The position numbers and the translations under genes were made by a program. DNA of 48,531 bases, the filler included, from Bipalium vagum (lineage: Eukaryota): NCBI GenBank assembly GCA_037834085.1. It is 3 parts of 3 records of this genome, joined end to end, with 100 filler letters (N's around TTAATTAATTAA, not from the genome) between each part and the next. Parts side by side here need not be neighbours in the genome. Positions count along the whole stretch, not along the records: positions 16,778 to 32,375 come from JBBMKC010157241.1; positions 32,476 to 48,531 come from JBBMKC010129549.1; 1 more part is not named here. The stretch is one strand, 5' to 3'. Below are positions 26,030 through 37,886 of this stretch, one piece after another. The notes below the pieces were generated by a model. That model did not search any database. It was not told the DNA's origin and saw nothing but the letters and a program-made list of their open reading frames with translations. Within the stretch, counting starts at the first letter, position 1, and the number at the start of each line of letters is the position of its first letter.

Positions 26030-27450
26030 AAAAAAAGAGGATATATACCACTCTCAACCACATCTGTTAAAAATTTTCTATTAGGGGATCCATAAAACTT
26101 CACATGAACCAATCTTTCACTAAATACGCATTCGGAGATAATTGCAAAGGACTCAGAAGACAAAAGCTTATCGAGCAACACAAAGCCTTCCAAGAATTGA
26201 AAGAAACTCTTACAAAACCCAAATTTTGACGTTCCCGGATATTAAAAGATCATTTATTTTAGACACGGATGCCGTATTGTCTCAGAGAGACGATAACGGT
26301 AAAGAGAGAGTAATTTCATACGAATCACAAACAATAAAAAGCCAAGAAAAAGGATATTGCATTACGAGAAAGGAATTATTGGCAATCTATTATTTTTGCA
26401 ATCATTTTAAGCATTATCTGTACGGGTTTCTAGTGTTAGTGGATCATAAAGCAATCGAATTCATGTTTAAAACAAAAGAGACCCAATAACATCACAATCT
26501 CAGATGTGGATAAATCTATGCAGCCTGGATATGGAGCTTAAATACAAGAAAGAAATAGAGCATATGAATTACAGATATATAATCAAAATGAATTGTGATA
26601 CATGCTCCCAGTGTATGTTTATCCATGGAGAACCTAAGAATGAAAAAAGAAAGAGAAGAATCATAAATTCTGACCATGAATGGCAGTATAAATAGAGCTT
26701 TAATATGTGACCGACACGAAAAAGTTATCATTTGAGTTTCGCTGAGAGACCTGACGACGAAAATTATACATAGTGGCTATAGTGAATCATCACAGCAGTT
26801 AAATTTAATTAACGCTGATAATGAAACAGGATGAATTAACAAATAGAAAAGTAAGGCCGAAAAATGGATCTGTAAATATGGTGCACCGAAAGAAATTCAC
26901 GGAGATTGCGGATAGTTTTTTGAATCTAAAGTTTTTAAGACGTTGGCAGTACAAAGTAAAGCGAAACTTGTTGTTTATCGAACCCGTATCGAACGTGATA
27001 ATAGAACGACTATGAATTCTACTATGGGTGAGACAAAAACGAGAAATTGAGTAAACGCAATACTTCAACAGATGTTAGGATATAGTCCAGCTAAAGTCTT
27101 ATTTGAAAGGAAAACTTGCAACGATGCTTGGGTCAGTAACAAGCAATCAAGAGAACTAAAAAAACAAAACCTACAAGAAAGACCGGACCCAGTGATAACA
27201 AGAAGAATGTTCGAACATGGAGATAAAGTACTAGTAAAGGTCAAAGGAAGAACTTAGGATAAAAATAGCTACGAAGGACCATACACTATTAAGAGAAAAG
27301 TTCATGACAAAAGATATCTCAAAGATAAAGAAGGAAGAAAATTTGAAAGGAATGTGGAAAAAAATAAAAATTCTTGAAAAGGGGAATGTGAGCCTTTAAG
27401 TAAATTTTAAAATTTTAAAATTTTTACAAAGTGCCTAATATTATATTTAA
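26030..27450 (+). mobile_element. Ty3/Gypsy LTR retrotransposon pol remnant (RT-RNaseH, integrase) with PPT and start of 3' LTR
   Basis: LTFPDIKRSFILDTDA..VLSQ..ERVISYES..YCITRKELLAIYYFCNHFKHYLYG..DHKA. GPY motif (EGPYTI) at ~27273. Polypurine tract gaaaaggggaa followed by TGTGAG at 27387. Confidence 0.85.
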
Positions 27451-28329
27451 TGTTAAATTTAATTTTTATATAATAATAATAATAAAATAATCATAATTAT
27501 TATTATTATGAAATCTTTTTTTTTAAATTATGGTTTAAAATTGTACATGTTTATTAAATATTGAAAATTTATTTGAATATTATTATGTTTTAAAACATTA
27601 ATAAATTTGTAATGATGTCTGATTTTGTCGATATTGCCGCTAAACACAAATATTTGAAAATTCGAATAATTATAAAAGCCAACATTTTTAACTTTTTAGA
27701 ATCAAATATGTTATTTCTGTTATGTATTTGTATGTAGTGTGATATTTTTTCGAAAAACTGTCAAAAAAAATTAATTTCGTTTTCAGTAAAATTTAAATAA
27801 ACATGAAACCATAATTTTTTTTGTTAAATTCAATTAACAATCGTATCAGATAGTGCATCTTAAAATCATTTATAAAAAAACGATCAAAACTTATAATATC
27901 TTGAAATGTTCGTGTTCTTGATCATAACATGTAAAATATTGATCTGATCAAAATGGAATTAGTATCTTTGAAAAGAGCATAAAACATTGGTTATAGTTTT
28001 TCTTTTTATGTTATATCTAAAGGCCTTTTGTTTTCTTTTAAAGTTACGAAACCAATTTATACTCTATGTTAGAAAACCGGGTAGTAAGCTAAAATGTTTA
28101 ATATCTTTCAAATTAGATGCTATAACAGTAATATTTTCCAATCAAAATAATATAAATATTAAGGATTGTTTTATCATTATAAAAATAAATTAAAATATAA
28201 TTTTTACTAAATTGAACTATAATTAGAAAATTAAGAAAATTTTGCATTATAAATATATGATTATATTATGCTGGGTATATATACAAAAGTTTTTTTCTAT
28301 CAAAAACAAAGTATTTTTCAGAAACAACG

Positions 28330-29110
28330 GTAAAATAGTTTAAATCCAAAAGATATTCTCCATTATTTTCAATGACTCTAACAGATTTAACGCAAAGAAT
28401 AGATGCTATTAACATAAAAGTCTATAGATGCTGAGTGTAATTCAAAGAACTATGACTCTCATATTTTGACTTCCTAGATGCTTTTGAATGTTGTCTTGTC
28501 CAAAGAATGTTGAATAGATTGTAATCCGATGTGTCTACACTATAAGACAAATGTAGTCAAGGAGAAATTGTCTTTTGGAATTTTTATTGATTGACTATAT
28601 AAAGTTTGGCTCACTCAATTGACTTCTTCTGCATTTACCGTCTGATCCTTATCCAGTACCTCGAAATATATCAAACCTTTATTCTACAATGCACAAAGCA
28701 TGAGCTGGAATCCATGAATGTTTGGGTTTGGAGTGGGTTTTGTTTGTTCACCGACATCTAACCACTGCTATTTTTTTTATTATTTTATGATCCTTTTTTC
28801 ATTTGACTTTACAATTCACTCAAGAAATCAGTTGTCCTTTGCTTATTGAAGAAAAATTCGGAATTAGATTTTCGCGATATCTACTTAATCAACTTGATGG
28901 TTTTTTTTATACTAAGTTGTCCACAACATAAGGAGACGATGGTAGTTTTCATTTTAAAGACTTTCATCACCATCTTGAATACGCTGTGACCATCGCTGAT
29001 ATTGGCGTAATACTTGAACACTATCTCCGAATACTTCACACAAATTAAGATATGATTCATTTACCGTTTAACATTGTTCGAAACACACTATTTTTTTCAT
29101 CTAACATTTT
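28330..29110 (-). mobile_element. Degenerate mariner
   Basis: Minus strand gives EVFGDSVQVLRQYQRWSQRIQDGDESL (HTH) and PNPNIHG (cf. Mos1 KPNIHG-type linker). Confidence 0.6.
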
Positions 29111-30594
29111 ATAAAGATTTAATAATTCAAAATTAAATCAATTTTAGGTAAAAAACATATCAAATTACTTGATTTAAACAACTTTATCATATAAAAAAAT
29201 TTGTAAAAATTAAAACTTGACTTTACTATTTACAGTTTTTCTTTGATACTTGTTCTATTACAGGGTTATGCAGAAATTTATATAAAAATATTCAAAAAAT
29301 ATAGTGGAAATGTACACTAAATGAATTCTTGTTTCGCCAAGGCTGTTTATATGAACCGCTTCATGTTGCGAAAATAATCAATTAAATCGATATTATCATG
29401 CATTAATATTCGTATTTTAATTTGTAGTTTTATTTTGTGCATTCGTTGTTCTCGGTATTTTATCATTCGTATTTTTGTTTGTAGTTTTATCGTTGGTCGT
29501 AGTTGTTGGGTCCTTGCTTTTTCGAAGATATTGTTTCTTTGGTTGTTGTTGTTGTTCATGCCAATTTAATGATGAATTTATCTTCATTTTTATCTTTCAA
29601 ATCGTTATTGAGACTTTTTGTAACATTTAAATTTTCGAATTTTCAGAAAATTTTATTTTTAATTAATGAAAGTATTTTGTGAAATTGAAGGAAAATGTGA
29701 AAACAATGAATCTACGGTCCACCAGACAACGGAACATTGCTAACCATTCAGAATACATTTGAATACTGTGGAACTAGTTGTTCCTAAAGAAGATTGAAAC
29801 GTATTTCGCGGCTGCGTCTGATGACTGACCTTCTTTAATGTGTATATTTATATTCATTCACTTAACCAAGGTCCCTCGTCTAATCGAATCCGAATCACTT
29901 CCGTAACGTGCTGGCATTATCTATTTAAACGTACAGGTGTCTGACCATGGAATTATTACAATTTTCTTCAATTCCCGGAACATGATTCTCCTTGATATAT
30001 AACTTTAATGATAGAAAACTTAATAATCATATTTTAGTTCTTTCCTCCTGAACTCTAAATAAACTAAAACTGATTTTTGCTTTATTAAAGTTGTCAAGTG
30101 AAGTATTTCAGAAAAATCATTTCTCTCCAAAATGGAAACATGTCCAAAAGCGCTCCATATTCGCTGATAAATAAATGTCCGTCTTTGTTAGGCTTTCTTA
30201 ACTTTATCGCATATTCACCGTTGTATATATTGGTTAATGACCCACTTTGCAGATTGGTCTACAATTTGCAGTCTTACCTACATTCATGAATTACCTACAA
30301 ATTTCATACTACACAATCTGATAATATATATGCTTATGGAGTCAGATATATTAGGTTGTTAATATATCTTTAGCAACTTATTTTAGATGACAAGGAATTG
30401 CAATCGTCAGAAGATGGAAAATCGTCTGGAAAACTGCTTCAACCAACAGTCCATAGGACTATCTCAATAAGTAGAAATTTAAAAATATTAGGTTCAGGTC
30501 AAGGTAACGTCGCTTTTCTATATACAAACTTTTAAGCAAAAATATATTAAGATTTCGATAAATATTTGATTTATTGAAATATTGATTTATAATA

Positions 30595-32130
30595 TTAGAA
30601 CAGGTAAGCCTCTTTATGATATTTCCAAATGTTTGTTTGAGTAATTTAACACTCAGTATGACAGTATAACAGTAACAACGGCAACTAAATTTCGGACATG
30701 TCCATTATATGAAATTTAATTAAACAGTCTTAATGGCGATGACTTAAGGAATTTTGACTTGTGATATAAAAAAGCGACAACACTCGTCGTCAACCGATTG
30801 TGATTATTATCTTGTAAAATAATAAAGGTTCTTGATTGATTTTATACAAAATATTGATATTTTTGGAGCCAGGATGATTAGGCGCCTTATAAATGTTTCA
30901 TCATTTTCTGATTTTTCGCTTATTTTGTTTAAATTATCAGAAAGTTTTCAAAAGGGATATCATTAAAGAAAAACTTAACATTACTAAGCGTTGAAAATAA
31001 AGATATTCTTTCAAATTTTCTCTTTATATTTCTTATTTGTCTTATGAATAATTAATGCAATTTTGTTGACTGACAAGAGGGAACCGATTCACCTCCGTAC
31101 GACATAGTGAACATTGATTAGGTGTAAATAAAGGGGAAAAGAAATCGATTAAATGTCTTTTATAATTTTGTAATAATCTTCAACTCGCTGCAAAAACTTA
31201 AAACATCTGTCCCTTCCCACAATCTCTAAGACATTTATGGGTGTCGTTAGTTGTTTTAAAACCTTGAAATACGATTAAGAATTGACTGAACAATGAAGAA
31301 GGGTTTCTGAAATACACTTTTACAGTTTCTGACTTACCTTCAAATCTCTGAGATCTGGAGTCTTCGAGAATTCTTTTCACTATACTTTTGCTTATTAATG
31401 GATTTCAAGTTTCCCCCCGTTTTTCTCGTAATTATTTATTTAAGAAGAAGCTTCCCAATTCCCATTTCAAACAACCACCTCAATGGTAAGAGTTCATTTA
31501 TTTAATTCCGTTTTATATTATTTATATCTAAAACTTTCATTTTATTTATATTTTCATAAAGCGAAATATAAAAAACTTACGTACAAGGTTTACTTAAATA
31601 TATTATATATAATTATAATAATATATTAATATCACGAATATAATATTTAATACTATTTGATATAAATAAAATTTGCAGTCTCAGTTTAAAGCGGTCGAAA
31701 TATTGAAAGAATAAAATTATTTATTTTATTTATATTATTTATTTTATTCTTTTTTAAATCTTTACGGTTTTCAGAGCACCTCAATCTTTCAGAGTGCCCT
31801 TTTTATCCCTTTATTCATAATCGATGAACAACGTGTAGGGCATTTTATCTCATTCTTTAATGTTTATCTCAAATGAAATCTCTTTTCTTTGAACCGAAAC
31901 CCTTAACGTATAAGATTTCTTTTCTTCATTACGGAAACAATGAAAACATTATTTGATATCTTTCCGAAAGTTAAAATCAGATTTTTCTCATGAAGTAACA
32001 AAGTAAAAATGATTATAAAGAACGAAGTGTTTTTCAAAGAAATACCTTTTATATCCTGTTTTATCTTAGATATCACCACCGGGTTTAACCGTGTTGCTTA
32101 CGCTACTGTTCAGTGGAGCACTGTCCTTCG
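30595..32130 (+). repeat. Diverged tandem duplication of ~21155-22525 (promoter, exon 1, intron, signal-peptide exon)
   Basis: Colinear shared blocks: taagcctct, tttgtttgagtaat, cggacatgtccattatatg, ttgactgacaag, aacatctgtcccttcccacaatctctaa, gagaattcttttcactatacttt, caaacaaccacctcaatggtaagagttcatttatttaat, ttgcttacgctact..cagtggagcactgtcc. Confidence 0.92.
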
Positions 32131-32375
32131 GAACAGCCAGTCCTTATGGAGACTATTCGACAGACAGACCCAGCTATTACAATTATGGAACAGACAGACC
32201 CAACTATTACAATTATGAAACAGACAGACCCAACTATTACAATTATGGAACAGACAGACCCAACTATGACAATTATGAAACAGACAGGCCTAACTATTAC
32301 AATTATGGAACAGACAGACCCAACTATTACAATTATGGAACAGACAGACCCAACTATTACAATTATGGAACAGAC
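31483..32375 (+). CDS. Secreted Tyr/Asn-rich tandem-repeat protein 2 (paralog; 3' end lost in assembly gap)
   Basis: Exon 1 = ATG (31483-31485) then GTAAGA; exon 2 from 32070 after cttag. MISPPGLTVLLTLLFSGALS-FGTASPYGDY, then at least 7 units of (S/G/E)TDRP(S/N)Y(Y/D)NY (30 nt) from 32157 up to the gap. Confidence 0.82.
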
Positions 32376-32475
32376 NNNNNNNNNNNNNNNNNNNNNNNNN
32401 NNNNNNNNNNNNNNNNNNNTTAATTAATTAANNNNNNNNNNNNNNNNNNNNNNNNNNNNNNNNNNNNNNNNNNNN
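32376..32475. other. Assembly linker: 44 N + TTAATTAATTAA + 44 N
   Basis: Same as 16678-16777; the contig breaks inside the 30-nt coding repeat. Confidence 0.97.
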
Positions 32476-35158
32476 ACAAATTTTCCTTTATTAATTCATA
32501 CTGCAAAAATTAAGTTTCATAAACCGCCATTAATTTCTTTACAACCTAATATGATAATTGTGTAATAATTGATTTTTAAAAATTTGACTAAAATTTAAAA
32601 TTAGGAGTTTAAAAATGTAAATTCCAGTTTTAAGTAAAATTTTTGCATGATTAGGATTTGCATAAAGCTTAACAGAAGGAACTGCAACAGCAATTCAAAA
32701 TATTTTGAAAAAATAAAGTAGAATTAAAAATAGAAATTCTAAAATCAAAAGAAACAAATCAAGTATCCGGAAATTTTTTTGATTTTTATTTTGGAAGAGG
32801 ATAAAAAGATTCAATTTTAAATAGCTTACAGGATAAAGAATTAAATAAATCAATAATAAAAATTTTTAATTAAATAAATAGTTTGACTTTATTTAAATTT
32901 TTATGCAAATATGATATTTTATTTATTATAATTTGACAACTTGGTAAGAAATAAAAAAAATAAAACGAATTGATTATTTTATGAAATCCGGACTTTTTTA
33001 AGAGTATAGTTGGATTAGCCAACCCTTTGAATTAAAGGACCGCTAAAGATTCTGGAATAATATAATAATTACAAAAATATTAGTTAAATTATAATAAGAA
33101 TAAGAATATAATTAAATGGACTAAGATTAATAATTATAATAACAATAATGAAATTATATTTTTAGTCTTTGGCGGTCTAATCTTGACAATGTCGAATTGC
33201 CAAGATAAGATGAGGATCCGCAATTGGAGACCAAATTAGCAATATATGCCTATAAAGGTAATTGACATTTTCTATTAAGAATATTGGTCTACGACTGAGT
33301 TGTTGTCTGATCAATAAAGAAGGCATTGAGGTCCTCAATGGACTATCAAAAACTTAATTAGAGTTTTCTTTTGAAGTATCAATATATTGAAGAAGTCCTC
33401 TCAGAAGAATTTTTATCTTCAGAAAAAACATGTAGTATTTATTTCTTACTTAATATTTTTGCTTATGGTTATGCAACAAGAAGCAGCGACGGGTGTTTCA
33501 CTGTTAGGAAGTTTATATGCGTATCGGTTCGGGCTCATCTAACGACCCTGGGATCCATCTACATCTAAAGCGGTGAGAGTTTGGTATATTTACATCTTTC
33601 TTATTTTTTACTTTACGAATTTTTTAAAATATAAATTTAAATTTATTTATTGATTTTTATTGGATTTGATTTTATTATATTTGATCCGTTTTATATTTAT
33701 TGACTGTTGGTGACATTTTGCGAATTAAGATTAATTAGTTCATTGTTGCGGGTGAATATTTTCGGACATTCATTTGTGTATTTTTTAGTTGATGAAATAA
33801 AGTTTTATTGTGATCGTTTTGATTCAATTATTTTTTTAAACACATTATTGACATGAGTGAAAGAATCAATATAATACCAAGACAAATGTTAAGAAAGTTT
33901 TTATAGTAATATTAAACTTAACAGTATTAATAAACTCTTCAGTAAAATATCTTTATTGCCAGTGGAGATTTTTTTATTAACAGGAATTATCAATCACAGC
34001 TAGGTTCGTGATGTATCAAATGGAATCTCAGAGTCATTTCAGCCGCGTTCTGTCTATAAGTAAACATGATTTAAGGTGTACTTTGTTTTGATCAGGCTAT
34101 AACAAAGCGGTGATCAGCTCTGAAAAAAGTCCAGAACCTCACTTAAAAAAAGTTGCTCACTCACTATTGTTAATTTTGTAATATTATTCTGCTCTTTTAA
34201 TATGACTCAATTATTTTATCATAGTTAGGTTACCATAATTTTACGTGAGAAATAAAATAATGAAGGATAGCATTACATTTTATTAAACACCAAGATAAAA
34301 ATCGAAAGACACCCGTTAATACTTAACGCTTTATTGACATCCCAAGCAAAATTAATGTTCTCTTGCTTGATGGAAATAATCTCCTGAAATAGAAAAGAAA
34401 TTGATTGATAAATTGTTTTTCTTTCTTTTAAAAAAATATTATTTATTAATTAATATTGTACTATTAGTATTAAAATTAAAATATTACTATAGTTTTTAAT
34501 ATTAAAAATTATCATTATTATATAAATCCAACGATATCATCAAAAATCGATGTTGTGCCATAACATATCATATGACAGTAAATATAATTGCATGGGATTC
34601 AATATACGAAGGTTTAGGACTTGATGATTACATGATAATTCTGAAAATAGAAGTCCACAGAAATCATTATACTCCAAGCTAAGTAGAGATTTTATTTATT
34701 GTTTATAAGATATTTATAAGATAATTATTTTATGACTTGCTAAAATATATATTTAAAGATTTTTGTGAATTTTATATATAAATAAAATAAAGTTAAATGT
34801 GGTATTAAAAGTATAATCAAAACAATTTAAATGCATTCAAAATCTAATACTGAAAATCTAATCGAATTGTAAAATAATAAGGAACATTTTACTAAATACG
34901 ATCTGAAATATTAATAGGAAATTAGATTATTTAATGTGATTGAAGTTTAATAAATATGATATGATTGAATGGTAAAGGGTGAGAGAAAAATATATTTAGC
35001 AAATATTTACTGAATTTAGAGAAAGTTTGATTGTTTAAATATATTAAAATTTTGAAATAAAACAATAATTTATTAATAATAAATTAATATTGTTAAATTT
35101 AATTAAAGTTTAAGTACATTTTAATTTGACTAAATTATTAGAACAAATTTACTCAGAC

Positions 35159-37886
35159 ATGAACGGAATTAGTTTTCGAGATCTATTAAATTTGTTCTGT
35201 TGCCCACCAAGACCAGCTCAGATTGTTGCAAAATTAGCATTTTTACCTCCAAATCCTACATATAGTATCATTCATACTGAAACCAACAAGTGTTCAATTG
35301 AATTTAAGACTGATGCCTGTTGGCAAATGGGTGATTGCTATAAAAACAAAATCGAAGTGACTACATTTTAAAGTGTATAAATTTGATGTGCTTGCTATAT
35401 TTTTATAGGTTTTTCTAAAGGTAACAGCGCGACGTTCTACAATAGCTTGCTATTATATTCCGGTAGAGAATAAGAATGCTTATTCTGTTTTATTCAGTCA
35501 TGGAAATGCTGTAGATCTCGGACTTGTTATTAGATTGATATTTACGCTCAATGTTTTGAAATTTTCCCTAGATGGCCGGTTTCCTGCAAGCTCTGTCGAT
35601 TCGATTTAATGTTAATATTTTCTGTTATGACTATTCCGGTTATGGTGTTTCGACTGGTGATCCACTAGAGTGCAATATTTATGCTGACTCTGAGGCAGCG
35701 TTCGAAGAATTGACAAAGCAATACAATGTTCCTCTAAATCGCATTGTTCTTTATGGACAAAGTATCGGGACAGCGCCAACTGTACATTTGGCAACACGGC
35801 ACAAAGTAATCATTGTTGCTGTTCGAATTTAAATATACACAGTCAATCAGGTAGCCGGAGTTGTTCTACATTCTCCTTTGATGTCTGGATTACGAGTTGT
35901 TTGTCCTGGAACAAATAGATCTTTCTGTTTTGATCCTTTCACAAAGTAATTTTACCTTTATAGTGATTTTATCGATTAAACTAATAAAATTATATTATTA
36001 TTACTAGTAATAATTTTGGCGACTGGAATGAGAAAATAGATAAGAAATATCAATCAATAAAAAATAATGCTTTTCAACATATTCAGTATTCAAAAATCAC
36101 TTAGACAGTGTGAACTGGATAATCTTGTTCAACCATATTCACTAGATATCGTTCCTTTTGATTACCATTTGTTCCATCTTTGCAGAAGTGATTTATAAAT
36201 AAACTAGTTTTGAAATAAAGAAGGTGGTTAATTCAAAAGAAACCGATTTTTGTCCCAACCAGGAAGGTAGCGAGGAAAATTGAAACCTTCAATTGATCAT
36301 ATTTTGAATAAATTTCTTTTGGTGATTTTGAAAATTTTTACTGTTACAATAAAAGGAGCGCGCTTGTATTAGTAGTCGCAACAGAGAAAAGCACGAAATA
36401 ATTCAGTGATGACAAATAAAGTGCATTTGAACTGGTCATTGGTCTGGTAAAAGTTATTGATTGACAAATGACATTCTCTTCACATCAATAGAGACGTGGT
36501 TTTATCCAAAAATGTTGATTGATATAATTTTGTTAGGTTTTTGAGTTATATTTTAACATTGTTGGGTTTCCATGAGCAAATGTTATTTTTGCACCTAATA
36601 CAACAGCTTTTGAGTAACAAAACGAAAAACAAGAAGTAGTTATTGTGTTTCAGCTTTAAATGGACGCCTGGTGAAGTCTGTAAATTATAGTTGTCTTAAA
36701 CTTTTCCTGTTTCGCGATTTATAGAATGACAAGTTAATTAAAGAAAAATTAATTCTTTTAGTAAGAATCAATAATCGTATTAAAATCAATATAAAATGAT
36801 AGTACCAATACTACAGTTCGAGTCAGCTTTTATCAGTGACTTTGATGTGGTCGAAAAAGAATATTGAATATCTGAAAATATTGAAAAACACAAATAAATC
36901 GAAATCTGACAATATAATTTAACACTGTATTGTGTTTATGTAGAGTGCAGACCGATAAATCGAAGATGTGCAATTGATTTAATGTGTATTTGTGTCTGTG
37001 ACTTCATAAAAACACATTTTAATAATATTTTTGGTTCATGTTTAATTTGTGTCCAAATGGAAAGGTTTTGTGTAATAAAAAGATTTTCCAAAATAATTTG
37101 GGAATGAAAATTAATATTTAAATAAAAAATGTACTCTGATAAAATCAAGTATTTACAAAACATACTTACAACCATTTAAATATTTCAACGAAATAATTCA
37201 GTTTTATATTTGAAATCCATTTTGATTGGCTGAAAAATATTAAAATGTTTAATAAATTGATTTTCTCATGCATTTATCGAGAAATCATAAATAAAGAAAA
37301 TAGCGATCAATAATAAATTAGTTTGATTAACAAACTTTTATTGACAGATTTTTAAAAAAATGGTTATCTTTAATTGATGACTGATGGCCAATTTAATATA
37401 TTTTATTTTTCATTGCACTTTCTTACATTGATATGGGTTTTTTGAAATAAATTTGTATTTAATTCTTAAAATCACCGATTAAACTCTTTGCAAAAGAAGA
37501 TTCATCGAAGACAGATAACACTCCTGGAACTCTGAAAACTTTAATTCTATTTAATTTTTTTCGGCAGTATTGACAAAGTTTCCCGAATCAAAAGTCCCAC
37601 ACTCATCATTCACGGTACTGACGATGATATAATCGATATTAACCACGGTCGACAGCTTCATGACCGACTGAACTATCCCGTGGAACCGGCATGGATCGAT
37701 GGCGCCGGACACAATGATATCGAAATGTATACCGAATATGCAGACAGACTGAAGCAATTCTTTGAAAACGATCTACCGAGATTCGAAAGAGAAATGTCCA
37801 GCGATCAAATAATAACATCCGACATTGTCACAGCAACGACCCCGATCGGTAAGAATGGTGTCAAAGAAGAAATATTATTCACATAA
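35159..37886 (+). CDS. ABHD17: Alpha/beta hydrolase domain-containing protein 17 (protein depalmitoylase), 320 aa
   Basis: Exons 35159-35356, 35409-35525, 35572-35805, 35851-35945, 37568-37886 (963 nt, all GT-AG, phase-consistent). Motifs [44 protein letters not shown] (Ser), [10 protein letters not shown] (Asp), GAGHNDIE (His). Confidence 0.95.
36030..36310 (+). mobile_element. Mariner fragment in ABHD17 intron 4
   Basis: [15 protein letters not shown] (cf. HPPYSPDIAPSDYHLF) at ~36130-36175. Confidence 0.6.

Noticed and set aside
29347-29559. Asn-rich minus ORF with a 57-nt-spaced direct repeat
   Set aside because: Low complexity and no sequence similarity to the 57-nt coding repeat; the equal spacing is judged coincidental.
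29780-30400. Hammerhead-like words (gaaac, ctgatga) and a VVYEI..VGKT GIY-YIG-like trace suggesting Penelope
   Set aside because: Required stems cannot be formed in any hammerhead topology, and the protein trace is too decayed to support a call.
16678-37886. Functional linkage of BLTP1, repeat genes and ABHD17 as a cluster
   Set aside because: They lie on separate contigs joined by artificial linkers.
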